A stretch of DNA of 63,991 bases, filler included, from Reclinomonas americana ATCC 50394 (taxonomy: Eukaryota), in NCBI GenBank assembly GCA_048213135.1. It is 19 parts of 19 records of this genome, joined end to end, with 100 filler letters (N's around TTAATTAATTAA, not from the genome) between each part and the next. Parts side by side here need not be neighbours in the genome. Positions count along the whole stretch, not along the records: positions 1 to 1,860 come from AFZH01024179.1; positions 1,961 to 3,499 come from AFZH01024180.1; positions 3,600 to 5,536 come from AFZH01024181.1; positions 5,637 to 7,798 come from AFZH01024182.1; positions 7,899 to 10,117 come from AFZH01024183.1; positions 10,218 to 13,435 come from AFZH01024184.1; positions 13,536 to 14,628 come from AFZH01024185.1; 12 more parts are not named here. One strand, given 5' to 3'. Below are positions 1 through 13,623 of the stretch, in pieces. The translations under genes were made by a program, and so were the position numbers. Numbering within the stretch: the stretch's first letter is position 1; the number at the start of each line of letters is the position of its first letter. The notes beneath the pieces are model-generated. The model worked only from the letters and a program-made list of their open reading frames with translations. It ran no database searches and was not told the DNA's origin.

Positions 1-1860
1 TTTGGCAGGAGCTACTGGAGGAGTTCCAAAAGCTGGAAACCGAAAGTCAGCGATTGCAGGCGGAGCGGGACGATTTTGCCAAGAGGTGTACGGAGGAACG
101 CAAGGCCATCGCCAGGGAGAAGAGCGAGATCGAAAGCCACCTGAAGGTTCCCTTGCGCGCCCGCTCTCTCCATGTGACGATGCATGTCTTTAATCTGTCG
201 GCGCGCAGGTGCTAATGGACAAGGAGGTTGAGACGCAGAAACGGCTCAACGATTTGGAGGTCAAGTCGGTGGTGCGGCGAGCCGAGCTGGAGCGGGAGTT
301 GGGCGCCTCGGAGGAGCGCATGAAGGCTTGTTGGTGTCTGTCGAAGAATTGCTCTTGACTCTGTTTACTCACGTGCTGCGCGTGCACAGCTCATCAACGA
401 GGAGCGCGAAAGACTGCAGGAGCAGAAGCACACGTTGCACAGCGATGTGACCACGATTGCACAGCAAAAGGCGGAGTTGACGGAGCTGGCGCGAAAGGTA
501 ATAATCCTGCTGTTGCATATAATCGCTCGTCTCCCACCTACCGTGTACTGACACTCGTGGCATGGCCTCTCAGCTGGAGCGTGAAAGCGTGCTTGTTGCG
601 GCACAGCGCGACGAGATGGCGCGGGAGAGCACCAATGCGCGTCTGCTGCACCAGGAGTGCCTGTCGATGCGTGAGCAGACCGACATTGACCGGCATCACG
701 TGGATGAGGAGCGGGCGCAACTCGATCGCATTCGCGCCGAGCTGGAGGAGGAGCGCGAGCGACTGCGTGCCGAGCGCAAGGAGTTGATGGGTGAACGAAC
801 ACAGACCATGCGCGCTGCGCAGCGCTCCAAGGAGCTGGAGGAGAAGCTGGAGTCGGAGCTGACGCGAGCGCGTGAGGAGTCGCGAAAGATGCGCGACATC
901 GAACAGCGTCATCGCGATCTCGACGTGGCGGAGCGCGACGGCCCGCCGCTGTCGATGCCTCTCTCGGCGTCCATGGCAGGTCCACCACGCGCGCGACCGG
1001 CCTGGTTGGATCCCGCAGGCAGCGTGCGCGCCTCCACCGGAGCCACGCATGCCAGCGCGGCGCCGACCGCCCAGGCCGCCAGTGGGCGTCTGGGATCCTC
1101 GATTGCCGTGTCACGGTGCGTTGTTGTTGTTGAGCAAAGAGGGGGGAAAAGAGAGGGGAGAGTTGACTTATCTCTCGTGCGCAGTTCCAGCGCGCTGGGT
1201 GGCGCCACAAGTGTGCGTCAATCGGCGCCTGGCGGTCTGCGCGGTTTGATGCCGACCACGGCGCCATCCGTGTCATTTGCCGACACGAAGCACATTGTGG
1301 CCTCGGTGCTGGAACAGCGGCACCACGACAACCACAGCCTCGCCGAGCAGCAGCGGTACCTGGAAGAGATTGGCAGCTGGTCGACTGGCGGCGTCAGCAA
1401 GACCGACTACTCGGACTCGACGACGCCCAGCGATGTGCGTCGTTCACAGCATGCACGCCTCGCCCCTCTCGGTCTCTCTTTTTTCCTTACACCTGTCACA
1501 GTACCGCATGTTCCACGGTGGAAACGGTGTGTCGGGCACGGATCCGTCGAACGGCAGCGGGTACCGCAGCACGAGTGGCAGCAGTGCGGCCGGCAGCAGC
1601 AGTCATCGCCAGCCGCGCTCGGTGAGTTGTCCCCCACGGCGAGTGAGAGAGAGGAGGAGGAGGAGAGACTCACTCTTTCGTTGTACAGGCGGCATTCTCC
1701 GACAGCACTGGAGGCGACGGCAACACCTTTGCGTTCACGCCACTGGATCCCGTGGACAGCGCCGGTTCCACAGACGACTTTGGCAGCGGCACCACCGGAT
1801 CGTTCTCCGATATGCGAGTCAACGGGCACCAGAGACACGAGCAACCAGTGGCGCTGTAGT
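1..1860 (+). CDS. Partial spliced coiled-coil protein (both ends missing)
   Basis: Glu/Arg/Gln-rich heptad exons (WQELLEEFQKLETESQRLQAERDDF..., LINEERERLQEQK..., LERESVLVAAQRDEMARE...) joined in frame by short introns, one with a GC donor at 326. Confidence 0.7.
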
Positions 1861-1960
1861 NNNNNNNNNNNNNNNNNNNNNNNNNNNNNNNNNNNNNNNN
1901 NNNNTTAATTAATTAANNNNNNNNNNNNNNNNNNNNNNNNNNNNNNNNNNNNNNNNNNNN
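1861..1960. other. Artificial contig linker N44-TTAATTAATTAA-N44. The others start at 3500, 5537, 7799, 10118, 13436, 14629, 17980, 19467, 24923, 30808, 38621, 42141, 53280, 55001, 59374, 61065 and 62299
   Basis: Identical 100-nt spacer with stops in all six frames, often next to microsatellites. Confidence 0.98.
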
Positions 1961-2152
1961 CCCCTCTCAGTATTAGCATGTGTCATATATATTTTTTCCT
2001 TTTAGGGAGAGGAGAGAGAGAGAGAGAGAGGCGGTGGACCTACGTCCCAGTCACGACGTCAATAACACGCGGCCACGTGCAAATGCATGCGAATGCGAAG
2101 CCGGCGGCATCATCATGTGGTGGTACGCGACATTTGTCCACCCACAGCCATT

Positions 2153-2725
2153 CTATTTCACTTGCACGTTTGTCGGGTGCGCCACCATTATAACGCGCAG
2201 GTCCTTGGCATCGCGGTCGCGCATCGCACGACCAAATAGAGCGAAAGACAAAATAAACCCGGAAGTGTCCAGTTTCGCCAGCAGCTCGGGCGGCGAATCT
2301 TCCAGAGCCACGATTGTGTTTATGAATCCCCAGTGGCTGGTGACCATCATCATACCGCTCGCGGCCGACTTGTCGACGTCGCCCAAAGATTTCACATTAA
2401 AATCGCCGTGCTCCGTCCCTGGAATCACCGGTCCAAGTTGGCGGAGCATTTTACGCGCAGCAGCAGCCGGCGGCAACCATGGACGCAAATCCTTGGCGTC
2501 GAGCAATACAAACGTGCCATGCTCGAACATTACCGCCGAGATGCGATTGAGACCGCGCTCCTTCGCCAACTGGGGATCTTCTTGCTCAATGCGCGTCTGT
2601 GCGGCATCGACGAGCTTCTGCAGCAACTCCATTTTCAGCTGCACGTGCGGCGGCAGGCTGCTGCGCGGCGGCACCGACACGGGGAGCAGAATGTTCCGCA
2701 GGCTCCACACAAGATCGCGAAGCAT
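2153..2725 (-). CDS. Intronless hypothetical protein resembling a bacterial uncharacterised family
   Basis: 190-aa ORF from ATG 2725 with motifs VMFEHGTFVLL, LGPVIPGTEHGDFNV, VTSHW, LFGRAMRDRDAKDLRVI. Confidence 0.65.
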   Translation of the reverse strand: MLRDLVWSLRNILLPVSVPPRSSLPPHVQLKMELLQKLVDAAQTRIEQEDPQLAKERGLNRISAVMFEHGTFVLLDAKDLRPWLPPAAAARKMLRQLGPVIPGTEHGDFNVKSLGDVDKSAASGMMMVTSHWGFINTIVALEDSPPELLAKLDTSGFILSFALFGRAMRDRDAKDLRVIMVAHPTNVQVK

Positions 2726-3599
2726 CACAGAGACAGAGAGACAGAGAGGGGGAGAGAGAGAGAGAGAGAGACGCACACACAGAGAAAGAGAGAGAGAGAG
2801 GCTGGAAGAAACGAAGGAGGAGCGAGACGACAACGCACTCACTGCGCAGACAAGCACACGAATCGTCAGAGAGCGGTCGGTACTATATATCGGCGGACAG
2901 CAAGCGGACAGTGCAGCGGACGGACAATTGCAACTACAGTGTACAGCGGTGGCTCACTGATGGCATGGCTGAGACGTGTTGGTGAAGAGAGGATCCATAC
3001 CATTTAGCAAGCGGCGAACTGGTCACGGCGACTGCGGTCGTTTTGGCTTCTACGTTATCTGCTTTTGCATTAATATCTTCACTGTATTGGAAGTTTTTGT
3101 CTCTCTCGCTCGGGTCTTGCTTTAACCGAGGCTCGAAAAGAAACCAAGTGAACTCCCGTCATTGTGTTGACTCTGATCGTTCATGATCACTGTTGAAACT
3201 TGCCGTTCGCAGCGCTAGCGACGTCGTTGATCATGAAGATGTACGGAAGTCGAGGTTTCCACGTGCCCGCCTGCTTCTCTGTGTTGCTGCAGGTCGAAGG
3301 GAGTGCTGCAATAGGCACACTGTCCTCCATTGTTGATACGCACGCATGACTTGATACGTCGAGCGACAACTGCGACCAACGGCGGGAGAGCAGTTTCACG
3401 GAATTTCCCTCTCACTCTCTTCTCCCTCCCCGCATGGAACGCCGCCGCCATTCTGCCGAGTGGCCGCCTCCAGGCTCCACCTCCCGTCGCCTAGAGTACN
3501 NNNNNNNNNNNNNNNNNNNNNNNNNNNNNNNNNNNNNNNNNNNTTAATTAATTAANNNNNNNNNNNNNNNNNNNNNNNNNNNNNNNNNNNNNNNNNNNN

Positions 3600-5455
3600 T
3601 CAGTCGTTGAGCGAGGCCATGTCGGGCATTGCCGGCCTGACGCAGTCGATGCCGTCGCACGATCGGCATGGGCGGCGGAGTAGCAGCAGCGCGGAGCGGC
3701 GGCGGAGTAAGAAGGGACGATCTGTGGTCTCCCCAGATGCCCTGCTTCGTTGCGTCTCTCTCTCTCTCTGTTTCTCTCTCGAAGCATGATGGCAAGCCAG
3801 CTCACACACACATGTATGCACAGAGGCGGCGGAGCTCTTGCAAAAGTCGATGCGCGGCGAGGACATTCAGCAAAAGCTGGCGGCCGCACAGCAGGCGAAT
3901 CAGCAGCGAGCACGCACCGATGCGCAGCAGGCGGCGCAGCAGCGGATGGCCAGCTCGCCGACCAAACCACGCGCCGTGGCGCAGCCGCATGTCAATGTGC
4001 GCAAGCGAGTGGAGGAGCGCATGACGGATCTGCTGAGTGCCTCCTCGCATGTGGTGGAGGACTTTTTCAAGCGTGTCGACACGATGCAGAAGCAGTGGCG
4101 GGTGGAGCGGCGCTCCAGATCCAACTCGCCGACTCGCCGCGGCACAGCAGTGGCGACTCCGGAGCGACCAAAGACCCCGGAGCAGCGCGCCGACGAGAAT
4201 CTCGACCGCTTGCGGCGGCATCAGGAGGAGCATGCTCGGCGACAGGCCGATGTGCTTGCCAAACGGCAGGCAGCTGTGGAGCGCACGGCGTTGCGCTCGG
4301 CCCAGGCCACACGCCACCGGCAAGTGGTCGACTACATGAAGCAGCACCGGCCGCAAGTGCGCACGTGGCTGATGCTGTCGGTGCTGTTTGGCCAGCTGGA
4401 GACCTGGTCGAAGACGTTGGAGGAGGATCGACAGCGGCGGGCGACATGGGCACGCGAGGACCGTGCCGCCAAGGTGCTGCAGCGCAAGCTGTTTTTCCGC
4501 TGGAAGATCACGCGGAGGGTGGAGACGCGACATGCCCGCAAGGTGCTGGCGCGCAACATTTGGCTGTGCACGCTGAACCACCGCATCCGCCGGCGACGAC
4601 GAGCCACACTTTTGATTCGCGCGTTCCTGGAGAACTTGGACCACGTTCGCAAGTTCATTCTCGCCGCCACGCGCTACTTTCACGACTCACGGCAAGCCGA
4701 GTATGCCGAGGCACTCGGCGCGCATGCCCAGTCCGCCTCCATTGCCGCCGACGTACGACGCGTCAATGGCTGCATGAAGATATTACACAAGGTGTGTTGC
4801 TCGGTACAGTGGTGTGCGTGGGCGCACGCGCGGTTGCTGACTGATTTCACCGCACAGCTGCATGCCGGTGCTCATGTCGACTCGCGACGGTCATGGCTCG
4901 ACGACTCGCTCCTCCCCCTGCCCGCCCTCATGCACAGCATCGGGCTCGACGAAGTCGGTCTGGCCACGCTGGAGAGAGCCATTGGTGACTCGCTCCCTCC
5001 ACTGCGCTTCGTCGAAGAGTTGAGCGCGCACCTGCTTTCTTCTTCTCCTCCTTTTCTTCGCCCGTCCTCACTGCCATGCACACAGAGACGACGTGCTGTC
5101 GGCAGTGCATGAGTTGGCGTTGGGGAGGAAGCATACGTACGCCGAACAGCGACGGGCGTGGGAGCGGCGGCGCGAGGAACTCATTCGCGAGGAGGCAGCG
5201 CGGCTGGTGGCCGAGCGACGACGCGACAGCGTCATGCAGAGTCTCCGTCGTGGCAGCCAGCCGGCGCAGCACGCAGTTCTGCTGGACGAGAGTGAGGCGT
5301 GCGAGGCACTGCGTAAGAGTGGCGCCGTGGACCACAAATTGGGCGATCCGCCAGCGGACCCGCGTCGTATCTTTGACTGGACCGAGTGTGGACAGGTGAT
5401 TCTGATGGCTGCCAAGAGAGCCAACTCACGCCTCGTGCCCGAGCTCGCCGTATAA
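3600..5455 (+). CDS. Partial spliced hypothetical coiled-coil protein with IQ-like motif
   Basis: Long exon 3838 to ~4790 containing AAKVLQRKLFFRWK; last exon ends at TAA 5455; 5' end lost in gap. Confidence 0.65.
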
Positions 5456-6001
5456 TTGCACGCCCCTCATTTCATCAATGCCTGGCCTAATATTAATGAA
5501 TCAATGTAAACTAGCCTCCCTTTCCCCACACACACANNNNNNNNNNNNNNNNNNNNNNNNNNNNNNNNNNNNNNNNNNNNTTAATTAATTAANNNNNNNN
5601 NNNNNNNNNNNNNNNNNNNNNNNNNNNNNNNNNNNNCACGAGTCAAAGCAGTACGCGATCACACAGAGTTCACTTGCGTGACACGCACACACCATTATCG
5701 CCCGTGTGCGATTCCTACATCGCACACGAACAGAAAGAGTGGTGGAGAGAGGGTGGTGGTGAAAAAAAAGGGAATGCTACACAGAAAACTCCATTCCTTG
5801 AGTTGACAACCATTCGACGAGAGACACACAAACACATCACAGGCGCACACTCGCTTGAGGCGCGCACTGGAGTCATCACCAAAGGGCACGACAGTAGTAC
5901 ACGAGGCACAGAGAGAAAAGAGAGCACGCAAACAGAAAAAGGAGGGACAGATTACGAAGGTAGTACACAAAAACAAAACGCAGGTAAGGTGGCAAGGAGA
6001 T

Positions 6002-7604
6002 TTACATCGCCGACTTCAGGCTGTCAAAGTACGGGTGCTCGAGAGCCTCCTTGGCGGAGATACGCTTCGATGGCTCGTACTGCAGCATGCGCTGTGGAGA
6101 CACAACAAAAGACACATGAGCACGCCAATGAAGAATACAGGAAAAACGGAAGAACTCCACACTCACCGCCAACAGATCGACACCAGCCGGCTCCAGCTCG
6201 GGGAACACCGTGCTGAGGTCCTTTGCTTGCCATCGGGGGAAGATGGCCTACGCGAGATGAAAGAATGATGAGCAACGACTGATGCAATTGCAATTTTGTT
6301 CTCTCCGCCACCAACCTTGTAATCCGGCAGGCTCGACACCCCGGGCCACGTCTGCTCCGTTGGTGTGCCGAGGACGCGGAACACCTTGTACAGCTCGTCA
6401 ATCTCCGAGTCGCCGGGGAACAGAGGCTTGCGCTGCACCATTTCTGTTCACAGACAGCGATTCAGCTGACATTGTGCAGGCAATCAGCGAGGATGAATGC
6501 CAACCGCACCTGCGAAAATGCAGCCGACGCTCCAAATGTCGACTGGAGTCGAGTAGGTGCGAGAGCCGAGGAGAATCTCAGGAGCGCGGTACCACAGTGT
6601 CACCACCTGCAGAGAAGAGAACGAGAAGAGAGAGAAAGTCAGTAAATGCACAAAAAAGCAGATTGGGCGGGAAAGGCAATGATTGCCGCTGATGGGCAAG
6701 ATATCCCGTTGCCCATAACGCGGGTGCATGTCTCTCTCGGTGTGTATGTGTGTGTGTAAAGTGTTGCTCTCTCACCTCGTGTGTGTAGGTGCGCAGAGGC
6801 ACATTGAATGCGCGCGCGAGGCCAAAGTCGGCGAGCTTGATGGTGTCGCCCTGCTCGACGAGCAGGTTCTGCGGCTTCAAGTCGCGGTGGAGAATGCGGT
6901 GCGAGTGGCAGTAGGCGAGGCCCTCCAGCATCTGGAAGGTGAAGCGCTTGACGGTCTCTGCATCCAGCGCCGCACCCACGTGGTCCATGTACCGCTTCAG
7001 ATCCATGTCGAGGAACTCAAACACAAGGTACAGCTTGGCGTCGTAGTGCACAACGTCGAGAAGGCTGTGTTTAGGAATAGAGAGTGAGAAGAAAGAGAGA
7101 GGGCGGGGGGAAGGACATGGCCCAACATCACTCCCAACGGTCGTGCGCGATGGCACGCTCTCTCTCTCTCTCTCTTGCTCTTGTTGTCTTGTGCACTGTG
7201 GCGCAGTCGTCCCTCTCTCTCACACAGACACACACCTCCTCTTTCTCTCTCTCTGTGTGTCACTCATTGGCAACTCACCGCACGACATTGGGGTGGTCAA
7301 TCTCCTTGAGCAGGCTGATCTCGCGAATGGCCGTCGATGGCACACCCTCGTCCTCGCTCTCCAGTCGGATCTTCTTCAGTGCAATCAGCTGGCCCGTCTG
7401 CTTGTCTTCCGCCTGTGCACAAGCAAGAGAGAGGGAGAGGGAGAGACAAGAGCGTGTCAGACACCAATTCGGCAACAATAGAACTTTCGTGTGCGTGAGC
7501 ATGCGTGAGTGCGTGTGTGTGTCTGTGTGCACCTTGTAGACGACGCCGTAGGTGCCCTCGCCGATCTTTTCCAGGCGCTTATACTTGTCCAGCTGTGAAG
7601 TCAT
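6002..7604 (-). CDS. CDK1: Cyclin-dependent kinase 1/2 (PSTAIRE class), 7 exons
   Basis: Six GT-AG introns join [63 protein letters not shown] and HPYF. Confidence 0.97.
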
Positions 7605-8249
7605 CTCTCTCGCGAATCACACAAAAAAACACAAAACACGCCGAAATCGCCGCGATTTCGCAACGGTCGGATCCCCTGGCGTCTTCAATGCATGCCCTCC
7701 CTTTCTTTTCGATCGAGCGCGTTTTTTCTTCATTGGTTTCGCATACAGACGGGGACAGAAAAAAGAAAGAAAGAGAGAGAAAGAAAGAAAGGAAAAAANN
7801 NNNNNNNNNNNNNNNNNNNNNNNNNNNNNNNNNNNNNNNNNNTTAATTAATTAANNNNNNNNNNNNNNNNNNNNNNNNNNNNNNNNNNNNNNNNNNNNTA
7901 TTCCCTATTGCTCCTCAGCCCTCTTGCCTCTCGCAACCGCACTCTCATTCACATCCTACCATTTCTCTCGCACATTCACAATCTACTTCGTGGCTCACCT
8001 GCCTCTCCCGCTTTCCTTCACCTCTCCTCCCGGCACCCACTGCTTTGTTCTTTCTGCCTCACACCATCCAATCTCACGCCAATTCTCTTTCACCATTTCC
8101 CCTCGCCCATTTCTCTCTCAACGGTAATGCCCTCTCTCCCATTGTCTCTCTTTCTTCACCGTCGTTCCTCCCTTTCCCTTCCCTCCTCCCTGTCTTTGTC
8201 TCCCTCCCCCTCCCCTCCACTCCCCTCCCCTCCCTCTCTCCCTTCGAAA

Positions 8250-11200
8250 CACACCGACCACAAATTTGATACGTGCCAGGTGGATCCAGGGTGCACGAGG
8301 CGAGAGAGACCGCAGAAATGGTGGAGACCGTGGCCGTAATGCGCGTCGGCGACACCGCGGTGACCACAAAGGCAGCCGCCCGCAAGTCCATCGACGAACA
8401 GTCGGTGGCGAGTGAAAGGAAGAATGCCAGTGGCGTGCCGGCAGGTGTGACTGGATTACTGCCATTGGCGGCACTTGTAGCCAGCAATGGGAAGTCACCA
8501 CCCGACAAGACAACAGTTTGCGACTTGATGCCCTGGGATATGGAAGGCGCGGAAGTGCTCTTGACACGATCTGCATATTCACCTCGTTAGAAGAAAAGGA
8601 AGTAATCTTGACAGTAAAATATCTCCAGCAGGAACGCAACAAATGGATACAGACGCCATGCTGAAGTAGCCTGCCAGGTCAGTGGACGACAAGCACAACT
8701 GCTGCTTCGTTGGTGTTGGCTCTCCAGTCGTGTCGAATGTCCATGTGATGGTATAGGTCGTGCCATCAGACGCGATGTTGAAGCCGCTGATGATGGTGGC
8801 CACATTTCCGCGGCAGTCGGCGTTCTTGAACAGCGTAAATGACGGTGTGGCAAAGGGGAACGAGGCCACTGGCACCGTCAGCACCACTACTTGTCCGGAC
8901 AAACCGACGCGAAGACCGATTGTGCTGGTTGTTGTTGCGCTAGTGACTACGGACAGATGCAGGAGAATGAGATGATGGATGTGAGCATGCCATGCTGGGT
9001 GACCGTACCAATAGTGGTTGTGTTGCCGATTGTCACCGTGTATGACGACGCGACGGTTGGGAATGAAAATGTTGGCAACGGCACTGCCGAAAAACACAAG
9101 CACATGAGCAACTTATTTCGATCGCTGCACTCTTTGCACTCTCCACTCGTACTCACAGACTGTAAGTTGGCCACCGGTGACGGCAGTGAACGATCCGACG
9201 CCACCAAACTGAATGCTGTAATACACAGTGTGAGTGAAAGGAATACATTCACACTGACTCAAGCTCGCTTCTCGCAGAGAGTAAGAGAAAGGAAAATGAG
9301 CTTTTTGACGCGAGTCGAGAATAGAACATACAAAGAAACCACTGCCGACGACCAGAAATGCTCATTCAGTCGATGCAAATGTCTCCAGTCTACAAAGTCC
9401 ATCCACTATCCTCTGTAATATGGGGCTCTATTCCAACGTGATCTCGTGCATCTCGCTCAACATGCATGCTTTCATCCACAGTGTCTCTCTGGCCACATAA
9501 CGCATCTCACAACTCACTCATTCTGTTCACCGTTGCTTCCCCATTCCTCCTCCCTTCACCTCCTTTTTATCCCTGCCGGCTGAGCAGGTCTCACTCTCTC
9601 GCCCTCGCTCACAAACTCACATATATACACACGGTCACAATGCACAAGCTCTCGCACACGAGAACAACCGCACAATCTCATTGGTCCCAGTTTCTATTCT
9701 CTCCATCTCATCTCTCACCTCCTCTTTTCTCTCTCTTCTTCCCCTCTCCTCTTCCCCTCCATTCCCTTCTCCTCCCTTCTCCCCCCTCTCCTCCTTTCCC
9801 TTCTCCTCCATTCCCTTCCCGTCCATTCCCTTCTCCTCCCCCCCTCTCCCTTATCCTCCCTCCTCGCACCACACATAGAAAGATCCAACTGGAACGGAAT
9901 TCTCCGCAGTCGTCGCCACGACGACCTCACGAGCCGACGCCACTCCACCAAACGACTGCGCTGCGAGACGATAGGCCGTCGCTCCCGAACACGTTCCAGA
10001 TGGCATCAGCTGCACGTTATCCGATGCCAGCAATCCGTGGCCGGTAACAGTCAGCAGCGCGCCAGCCAGCTGGCCAGTGATGGTGGAAGGAGTGAAAGCA
10101 TCGGCACTCGACACTGGNNNNNNNNNNNNNNNNNNNNNNNNNNNNNNNNNNNNNNNNNNNNTTAATTAATTAANNNNNNNNNNNNNNNNNNNNNNNNNNN
10201 NNNNNNNNNNNNNNNNNTCACACAAGCACGGTGAGCGAACGGAAGCCGCAGTGTTTTCCAAATACGGATAGGAAGCTGTTGGCATACCGACTACGAGAGC
10301 CGAAGTCGGGACCATGACGTACGGGTAACCGAGTGTGCCCACAAAGTGGTAGCTGTTGGGCAGGAAATGTAAGCAGAGGGCAGTGGAGACACATAAAGCA
10401 AATTCATGGATTGAGATGGATGACTGACCAGACAGCATAGTAGCCACTCGGAAGGAAACTCGTGTCCAGCGTCACAATCTTTTGCAACCCACCAGCCACT
10501 GACGTCGACGTGAGCGAGTACGATGTGGCAGTGTCGCAAGACACGAGAACACTTGTGCCCAAGAAGAGCGCAGCAGTATCTGTCAGTTGCAAACCGGCAC
10601 CCGTAATCGTTAACTGCACTCCGGCAGTCTCCGCGACGATGGTTGCCGGACTGTAGCCGGTAACTACCAACGGAGTCACTGGACGACAAGTACATGAGCA
10701 ACGACGTGGCAACGCTCATGATGCACGATGCGCGACATCAACGTACCAACGGAAATTTCAGTCGTGCCGACTTTGGTGTACGCGCCCCCCGTCGGGTACG
10801 TCAGTTGAACGCTATGACCGGATATCAACGATGAGCACAGCAAATACGATGACAAGTAATGAGTAGCGCAGATGGGGGATGCACGAGCACGAATAATCGT
10901 GCGATGGCAAGATGGCACACAAACACTGCACCAATTCTGCTTCTCTGCAAGCACCCGAGGTGAAATAGAGAAGACAGAAAGTACAAACAAAGGGCGTCTG
11001 AGCTGACGAACTTCGTGAAGAAGTCAGAGAAAGAGATAGCCCAGCGCTACTCCAAAACGTACCACACAGAGTAAGTGCCATTTGTGAGACTGGTATCTGG
11101 TGTGAATGCCGTCTTCAACCGCGCTCCTGCCACGCCAGCTGTTGCAGCACTCGGAGTCAAAGGGAACTGCGGACTGCCGCTGCAAGTCGTCCCAGACACC

Positions 11201-13550
11201 AGCTTGACCGCATCGGCCGCAAGCAAGCCGTGCCCTGTAATGGTGACCACTTGGTTGGCGGTTCCGGAGAATATCGTGGCCGGTGAGAAAGCATCGGCCG
11301 TCTCGACTGTTTATCAGCAGCACAGGAAAATGGAAACGAAGAAATGTGAGGCAACACAATCAATGCCCATTGAGACCGTGATATGAACGTACCAGCAGTA
11401 ATCGTGCCGCCAGAAACAGCCACATAGCCGGTGGTGTAACTGAACTGAATGCTGAAAGCGAAGAAATTGTTGAGAGAAGAGGAAGAAGAGAGGATACCAT
11501 GCAGTGCGCATTAGACAGAGAAAGCGCATCCACTAACCAAATAGTGTAAACACCCACCGGAATGGTGAGACCAGGAGTGGAAGCCGTCAAAACTCGCGCA
11601 CCCGCCGATCCGCTCAATGAGCCCGTTGACAGGCTGTACGTTGTACCCGCGCATCCAACACCGGCAGCAAGTTGCACAGAATCGGAGCCGGTAAGGCCGT
11701 GACCAGTAACGGAAATCAACTCGCCACTGGTCTCGGAGCGAATCGATGAAGGAGTGAAGGAGTCGCCGCTTGCACCTGTGGTAACGGAGAAAATGAAATG
11801 CGGGATAGATACGGGGAGACAACAAAGGGGACAAGGCAACAACGAGAAAACGGTGGACGCAATGTGTGTGAACGCACCAACTTCCAATGCACCGCCGACA
11901 CTGACAAGACTGCCGGTAGCGTCGTACTGATAACTATGAGAAAAGTACAGCAGCACCGAGTAAGCACAACCGACGTCCACAGCACCAAGACACAATCACG
12001 TCCAAAACATACCACACAGTGTAAAACCCCGCAGCGATGGCAGTGCTTGACGTGGTGAAGCGAACCGTGCGCGCTCCGGCGCTTCCACCGACAGTGCCAG
12101 TTGTCAACGTGAACGAAGTCGAACCACCACACGTTGCACCCAACACCAGTCGCACAGCATCTGTGTTTGACAAAGCACGTCCAGTTACAGTCACGGCTTC
12201 GCCAGTCGTCTCTGCAGTGATCTTCGACGGCGAGTATGACGTTGCCGATTTGGCTGTAATGGAGCGCACAACCAGTTAGCGGAATGGAACTAAAACTAGA
12301 CCTTGAATCAAGAAAACAGTTACGCAACAGACGATCAGTGCACCAGTGAGCGCCACAAACGATCCAGTGTTGTTGTACTTGTAGCTGTTCCATGCACAAC
12401 ACGTCAGTCGAAACAGTAGAAAATCGCATTAAAGAAGAGACTAACTTTGAAAAAAACAGCAAGCACGCAAACCCAATCCCTCTCAACCACATCACATCTC
12501 ATCTCCACACACACTCACCACACCACATACGATCCAGCCGGCGTCAGATTCACATCCGACACTGTGCCAACCACAGTCCGTGCTCCGGCAACACCCCCTG
12601 CTGATCCCACAGCCAGATCGTACGTCGTCGCTCCGCCACACGAAGCACCGAGCACCAGACGAATCGCATCGGCCGTCGTCAGACCACGTCCAGTCACCGT
12701 GATTGCCTGTCCACTCGTCTCCGCCACAATCGAGCTCGGCGTAAACGATTCCGCCAGTTTGTCTGAGAAGGGAGGAGAGAAAACGAAAGGAAACAGAAGG
12801 GGGAGTGGAGACGTAAACATGTTAGTTCCCTCGACATGAACACCTGAACTCACTTTCCGCTCTCTCTTTCTCTCTCCAATACACACACAGAGTCTGTCTC
12901 CACAAAATCACTCAACTGACATTCAACAGAGTCGATGTCACTTGCACATATGCCCCCGTGCCGTTGAATCGATAGCTGCATGAGTATTCACGCGAGCGTC
13001 AAACAGACACGCACGTACGCAAGCACATCAAGTCAGCAGCCAGTCGACTTCTTTTCAGTGTGTGCAGAGAAGACGAACCACACAGAGTACTGTCCCGCTG
13101 GCGTCAGATTCACATCCAACACTGCACCCGAAACCGTCCGCGCACCAGCAACGCCGCCAGCCGATCCCACCGTCAGATCGTACGTCGTCGCTCCACCACA
13201 CGAAGCACCGAGCACCAGACGAATCGCATCTGTAGCGGTCAGACCACGTCCAGTCACCGTGATCGCCTGTCCACTGGTCTCCGCCACAATCGAACTCGGC
13301 GTAAACGATTCCGCAAGTTTGTCTGCACAGCAGAGGAGAAGCAATGAAAGGGGGAGAGGAGAGGAGTGGAGACGCAAGCGTGTGAGATCGTTCGACATGT
13401 ACACCCGCACTCGCACTTCCGCTCTCTCTCTCTCGNNNNNNNNNNNNNNNNNNNNNNNNNNNNNNNNNNNNNNNNNNNNTTAATTAATTAANNNNNNNNN
13501 NNNNNNNNNNNNNNNNNNNNNNNNNNNNNNNNNNNACACAACAACACAAC

Positions 13551-13623
<73 letters not shown>

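Noticed and set aside
1905..1916. Recurring palindrome TTAATTAATTAA as a biological repeat or CRISPR
   Set aside because: Always centred in N-runs; it is an artificial six-frame stop linker
2860..3499. Possible small spliced gene on the minus strand
   Set aside because: No consistent exon chain or motif could be built
6002..7604. Alternative genetic code or stop readthrough to explain fragmented ORFs
   Set aside because: All interruptions in conserved genes are explained by introns; TAA and TGA act as normal stops
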